From Tubulanus polymorphus (Eukaryota; Animalia; Nemertea), in assembly GCF_964204645.1 (NCBI RefSeq), contig NC_134027.1:4682485-4746484 (forward strand): a stretch of DNA of 64,000 bases, given 5' to 3'. This document shows, one piece after another, positions 58,506 through 64,000 of the stretch. The notes under the pieces are model-generated. The model searched no databases. It saw only the letters and a list, made by a program, of their open reading frames with translations, and was not told the DNA's origin. Within the stretch, counting starts at the first letter, position 1, and each line of letters starts with the position of its first letter. The translations under genes were made by a program, and so were the position numbers.

Positions 58506-61500
58506 TGTTGACAATCGCTAGCGTGTCGAAGTTCTGATTGATATCAACAATGGTGGCACACCAGCACATTCGGTCCGAATGTAACAAAGGCAGTTCACCA
58601 TATTCTATTTCATGTAGGCCTGTAGGATTTGATTATGGTGGGCTTTAAATCATCTAAAACGTTGCCAGGATAAATTGCTCGGCAAAACACAGAGTAGTGT
58701 ATGCACATGAAATATAGAAAATAGAATGGAGTGTGATCCCTATTCAGAGTCACTGGCCTAAAATGCCCTCGCTCCTGATGGCGGAAATGGGTTCCCTAAT
58801 CCGCCCCTAAACTGGATTCGAAGCGATACTTTTGCTCGACATTTTTTGTATGATTTTTTTTCGTATGTGGTCGGCTAAAATGTTATAAATGTACAATATT
58901 TCAACCTTTAATTTTGCAAATTTGAGCGCTCCAATCAAGAGCCAAAAAGGCCGCAAAGTTTATTTTACCGATTGTACCAATTTGGAAATTATTTTCTTTC
59001 GTTTGTTTAACAACACATTTATCTGTTCCTTGTTGATAGTTTTGTTTGTACCATGTTGTAATCTGTCATATCAAATGAATAAAAGCTATGAATTTCTTAG
59101 TTTTTATTGGATTGGGTTATCCAACTGTCTTGTTTGGTACTGTCAATAAGATCACGTTCATCTTCGATGGGAAAACGTCTTATCGAAGAACAATGAATGA
59201 AGGCAGTATCGCCCGACCAAAAAATGACAGCACATACGGTATGTTCTAAGGTATGGTAGGTGTATTCGTAGGAAAAATTGATTGGCTCCCACCCTCCGCT
59301 AAATACAGCCCTGATACGGTATTATATGTTTAGCCTACTTACTTCATTTGCTTAACAATTGTGCTTTTGCCCGATTCTCCAGCACCTAAAATATAGAAAA
59401 CAGTTAATTATCTTTCGATCCTTCAACCACCCCCGAAATGATCAAGTTGAAATGGGCCGCGTTGATAAGAATAGAATGTCAAATGGTCTTTTTTACCAGC
59501 CATCGCCAACATTGATACAAATAGATCTTGGAGCAACTCGTATATCATGCTGTTGACAAGAAACCCAAGAAAAATCGACCATCGTGTAATGTTTAACTTA
59601 TTCGCATACAAACATCATTTAAAAGCCTTTGAAAACCGATAGCATTTTAGAAATCGCAACTACTGCCGCATTTACAATAGAATTAACATTTGCATTTCTT
59701 TTGAAAAGCGGCATGACGCGTATCAGGTTCGTGTCTTGATATTCCACTTATTAGAGATTTAATTATAGTTTCAGTATTATACAATGTAGCCTATGTATAA
59801 ATATATATAGGAATGTCCGACATGGAACCTAATATATAAGATATCCTCATAATCATCGATTTTGTGAATGTGATAGGCATGTCTGAGGTGTTGAATAAGC
59901 CATGGATAATGCTTCGTCATGGGGTAGCGATACTTGTTATTAATTACTTTCCGCTGTTTCCTTTAAATGTGGATTTCGGGGACATAAAATCGATGAACTG
60001 AAATGGCATCTGCTTTTCGGGAGGTCATTGGAGGAATATAAGGTCTACGCGGCGATGTCACCCGCAAACCATGTGGGTGTGTGACCGGACCATACATAGA
60101 CCTACATGTACTTATCGTTATCATGTTATCGTTTTTAGTGGAAACCATATTTGTGTCTCTTTCCACAATAAAACAATCGTGAGTCGCTGCCCAGTGCTCG
60201 TATGAGGGCAATTCAATAAGTCATTAGTAATTAATACAGTTGAACATAATGTAATCGTGATCAATTTCATTCAATGGAAAATATTGTGACGCAGAATTAT
60301 TTTAAGGCATTCCCTGGCATCTTCGTAGGTTTCCATGGTTTTCCAAGAAACGCATTATATACAAAAGTGTTGGCAATTTTAGCTAGTTCAGATCAGAAAC
60401 AATTGAAATCATCGCTCGAGGATTCTCCACGATGCGTATCCTAACTCTCGACTTAATGTGTATCCGCTGAATCCGCTTCCGGTATGATCTAGTATTGTCT
60501 GTATATAACGTATATGTACGTATTTATATCGAGCTTCCTATATTTTGCGACTTTCAGGAGACGTTTAAATGGGCCATCTAGCAGGATTCTGGCCATCAGT
60601 CAAGAATATTAGTGAAGCAAACAATATGAATTTGTTCGTGCTATTCAAGGTCGGCGCTGAGGAGGCGAGCTACGCTTATTCGGAACATGATTTTCCATTG
60701 GAAGAATGCGCGCTGTTAAGTGAGCTGTAAATCGTTCCGAGCTATCTTATTAAAGGATTTTGAAAAACGGATTGAAAAGGTTTTGAAGGTGTTTCTACGA
60801 ATTTCCACTTTCAAAATTACAGAAATACTCGCTTCAAGTGCGCATGTCTCATTTTCTTGACCAGACGCCATCGTTACCCTTGTTTTAACTTCGGGAATGA
60901 TCACTCCGCCAATGGTGGTTTAGTGTCATAATAAGAGGAAACGGTTCTCATATCAATGCCTCAAGATGTGTAAGCCTACACTTAAAAACATACGTAATTC
61001 TCAATCACTCGTCTCTACATTGTCTGCAATAATAATTGTATATATTTGAACTACACCGATTCAGACTACAATATGTACACGTATACACTTCATCGCAAAT
61101 GGATGTGATTTTTCTTTTACTTGTCTCGAAGGCGAAACCCTTCCCACGGAGTTGCTTTTTCAGGATCTGAAAAGATCAGCGGCACATCTTGCCGCGACGA
61201 TGATGGTGCACAAGATTTAGGTAATGTATCTGTGAACTGATGAAATGATTTTTCACAACGACATTTTCAAACAATTCCCTATATTTTGTTAACCAAAATG
61301 TTCGCGATCGGATCAGAGTTGGCTTTCGGACTTTGATATGATTCTAGTAAAACTACTTGACTCGACATCCTGTTTTCTGTAGTAAAGCGGAATCATTCGG
61401 TATTGATTGACGCGAAATTCGGCGCGACATCTAACTAAATTATTTCCGCATACATTGATAAGTATCTCTATTATGAATTGATTTAGAACCATACTCAATA

Positions 61501-62697
61501 GAGTATCAAATAAATAATGAATTTGATCATTCCCCTTGTTGATTGTTGTCAGCAAATATTTGAATTATTTAAAGCAATATGAGCATTCCGGTATGTCCGA
61601 ATGATAAACAAACCCCGAGAGAACATGTATATTCATTCTTTCCGAGCTATATAAAACATTCAACCTAATAGAAGTACAGCTGATTTTCGCAGATCAACGA
61701 TCAATCCAAACTCTATCAACGCGATCGACATCAAGCGTTGGTTGTAGAACGAGCATATTGTACTTTCTACGTGGGGAAAATATCCGACTGCATACGAAAA
61801 CCTGAGCCATACTTGATGCAGGCGTCCTTCAACTCTCAGATAGAAGAACCTTTCTACTGAATATTTTCACGTTTAAGGCAAGGGCAGGTCGAGAAATGGC
61901 TAGAAAATACCAAACAGTAAATCGAAGAAGAGAAACACCAATCCCACAAAATGACATCCATTGGTTGAAAAACGGCCATTTGTCTGTAAATTAGTTCAAA
62001 CATTGTCATGATTTAACAAGTATTTTTGGAGATTCTTGATTCTGATGTATCACACGTAAACATTGTACGTATCGATTGTGCTGGTAATGTGATAGAAAAG
62101 GTTAATCCCAGTGCATTGCAGATAAAGCTTATACCTTTTATCTTTATTTTCTAAACGTGGGCCTGTATATCGTTGATTATGATTTCCGGAGTGGCCTATA
62201 GAATCGTTATATCGTGGCAAATCTACGTTTTTTGATAATGCTTTATCGCACACGGACTGCACTTTGAAATTGCTTCCTGGTTTTTGATTCCGCTAATAAA
62301 CGTATCCGTGTCAACAAAACGGATATTAAATGTACAGAATACGATGAACGTTTCATGTCGCTATGAAAACAGTGTGACAAATTTCATCATCAATCATGAT
62401 ATCCATTCCGTAACTTGTTTCACGTGTCCAGTTATACCAGTCTTAAATAGGCAACATGTGTAATTCAATCACGTTTAGGAAATTGTGTCACGAGTCTAAT
62501 ATAATACCTGATAGAATAACCAATGTATCTAATTTTTCAACATGATTTAATCTACATTTATTGTGACGGTTTTAGAGAAATAGAAGGACATTGATGTGCG
62601 TTGTATCACCAAACACGGATATATCAAATACATACTTAACTTAGATAGTTAACCAAAATATATAGTAAACCAAAATTGATTTACAGGCCTTACGTAC

Positions 62698-62815
62698 CTA
62701 ATAACAATAATTTGATATCCTTAGCTGCTTGTTTTCCATCGTCTTGGATTCTTTTCTCTATATCCCTGCTTATCTGTAATGCTTGCCGTTCTTCGGCACT
62801 CATAGTACACCCCAT
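62698..62815 (-). CDS. GNAO1: Alternative first coding exon of G alpha-o
   Basis: 118-bp exon [40 protein letters not shown], ending G|GTACGT, with the same size and phase as exon 56993-57110. Kozak GCCGCCAAAATG. No second exon 2 was seen between 57110 and 62698. Confidence 0.85.
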
Positions 62816-64000
62816 TTTGGCGGCTTTTCTCAGGCCACCTAATGACATCAACGACGGTTGACGATTGACAATTTCTAACCGCAATAATCCGAACACATTC
62901 GTTCAATAAACCGAACTCGCGCAGGATAGCGACCGACTAGTTTCCTCGACGAGGGATTAATAGGAAAGAAGGAACGATAGATGTGTTTAGTGAGAGATCT
63001 GGTATATCCAAAGTCGTACTGTAGCAATGAATGATACGAGCGTTGTGTGTGTGCACAGCCCGACTGGTTAGTCGTGAGGTTGACGCGTTATAATTTCGGT
63101 TTCATCCACCAGATGCAACAATACGGCATTATAGCGAGGCGTTTAATGCGTATAATGCATGATTTTAAATATTCAATGGGTAAAATGATCATTCCCGTTT
63201 CTGACAACAGTTGTCAGATCATCATATGCATCAGAAAATAATCCATTTACATGCTGGCCTACAATATTCCGGCGAATATGATGTTGTATTTAGCGAACTA
63301 AAATTTCATACAATGAAAAAAAAGTATGCTAACAAATTGCGATGATTTCTAAATCTATTGAATTTGTTTCATCAGGTAGCGTACGTCTCTCGCAGTATTG
63401 TCATAAGTCTTTCGTATCTCGTTTGCGACATCGTTGAATTTATCGGTAGAGACTGAGGTATGATGTCGAGCGTGCATGAATTAAGGGGTCGGTGAACATC
63501 TCTCGGCGCTCTTCGCACGGGTCATCACGTGATATCTTGACGGCGTCTCACTGGTCATGTGATATGTGACTTGATTCCTTCATAGAAGGAACTTCGGATC
63601 CTATAGAGGAAACAGCCAACACGTTGTCTAATTATTATTACACATAAAAGTCTCGACGCCGAATCGTTGTGAAGTTGTCCGCATAACATGACCAGGCAGA
63701 CGGATCTTTTTTTCAAAAAGTGAAACTGTTATGTGATGTCTTCGAAAAAAACTGATTTGATATTTTCGAATAAGTTGCAAAAATCGATTTTCATCGCAAC
63801 TCGGCTGCAGTTTTTAACAAACCCCCACCATTCAACAAGTTGATCACGGGTATTACGACATGATTCAGGTCAGTGGCCAATAAACTAATTAAAAGGATGA
63901 TGAAAAAAAATCGCATATGTGAAACTTGCAGCATTGACACTGAACTAATCCCGCGACGAGGAAGAGAATCATGTGAGAGATTCAGTTGTAAAATTATCGA

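Noticed and set aside
57111-62697. Second complete G alpha-o paralog downstream of the distal exon 1
   Set aside because: No GAGESGKST exon or other G alpha exons were found in this interval, so an alternative first exon fits better.

Overview
Eukaryotic (bilaterian invertebrate, probably lophotrochozoan) AT-rich genomic DNA with many short (~70-100 bp) GT-AG introns. It is not prokaryotic, and there is no CRISPR array or operon. Gene order: (1) the 5' part of an MGAT5/GnT-V-like GT18 glycosyltransferase (-); (2) a ~39-exon gene (+) encoding a membrane-anchored rifampin phosphotransferase/PigC/PEP-synthase-like dikinase with an extra N-terminal beta-barrel-like domain, which carries (3) an intronless antisense TPGS2 gene in one intron; (4) an ~18-exon CUB/C-type-lectin/EGF single-pass receptor with a very long cytoplasmic tail (+); (5) an intronless class A peptide-type GPCR (-); (6) a secreted Ser-Gly-rich proteoglycan-like protein (-); (7) a decayed CR1/L2-type LINE; (8) the G-protein alpha-o gene (-), with two alternative first coding exons, a candidate in-frame Pro/Thr-rich cassette exon in the helical domain and an intronic tRNA-Lys(CTT). 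Several MITEs sit in introns. Best candidates for undescribed biology: the animal RPH/PigC-like enzyme and the G-alpha-o isoform architecture. All exon models were read by hand and need transcript confirmation.
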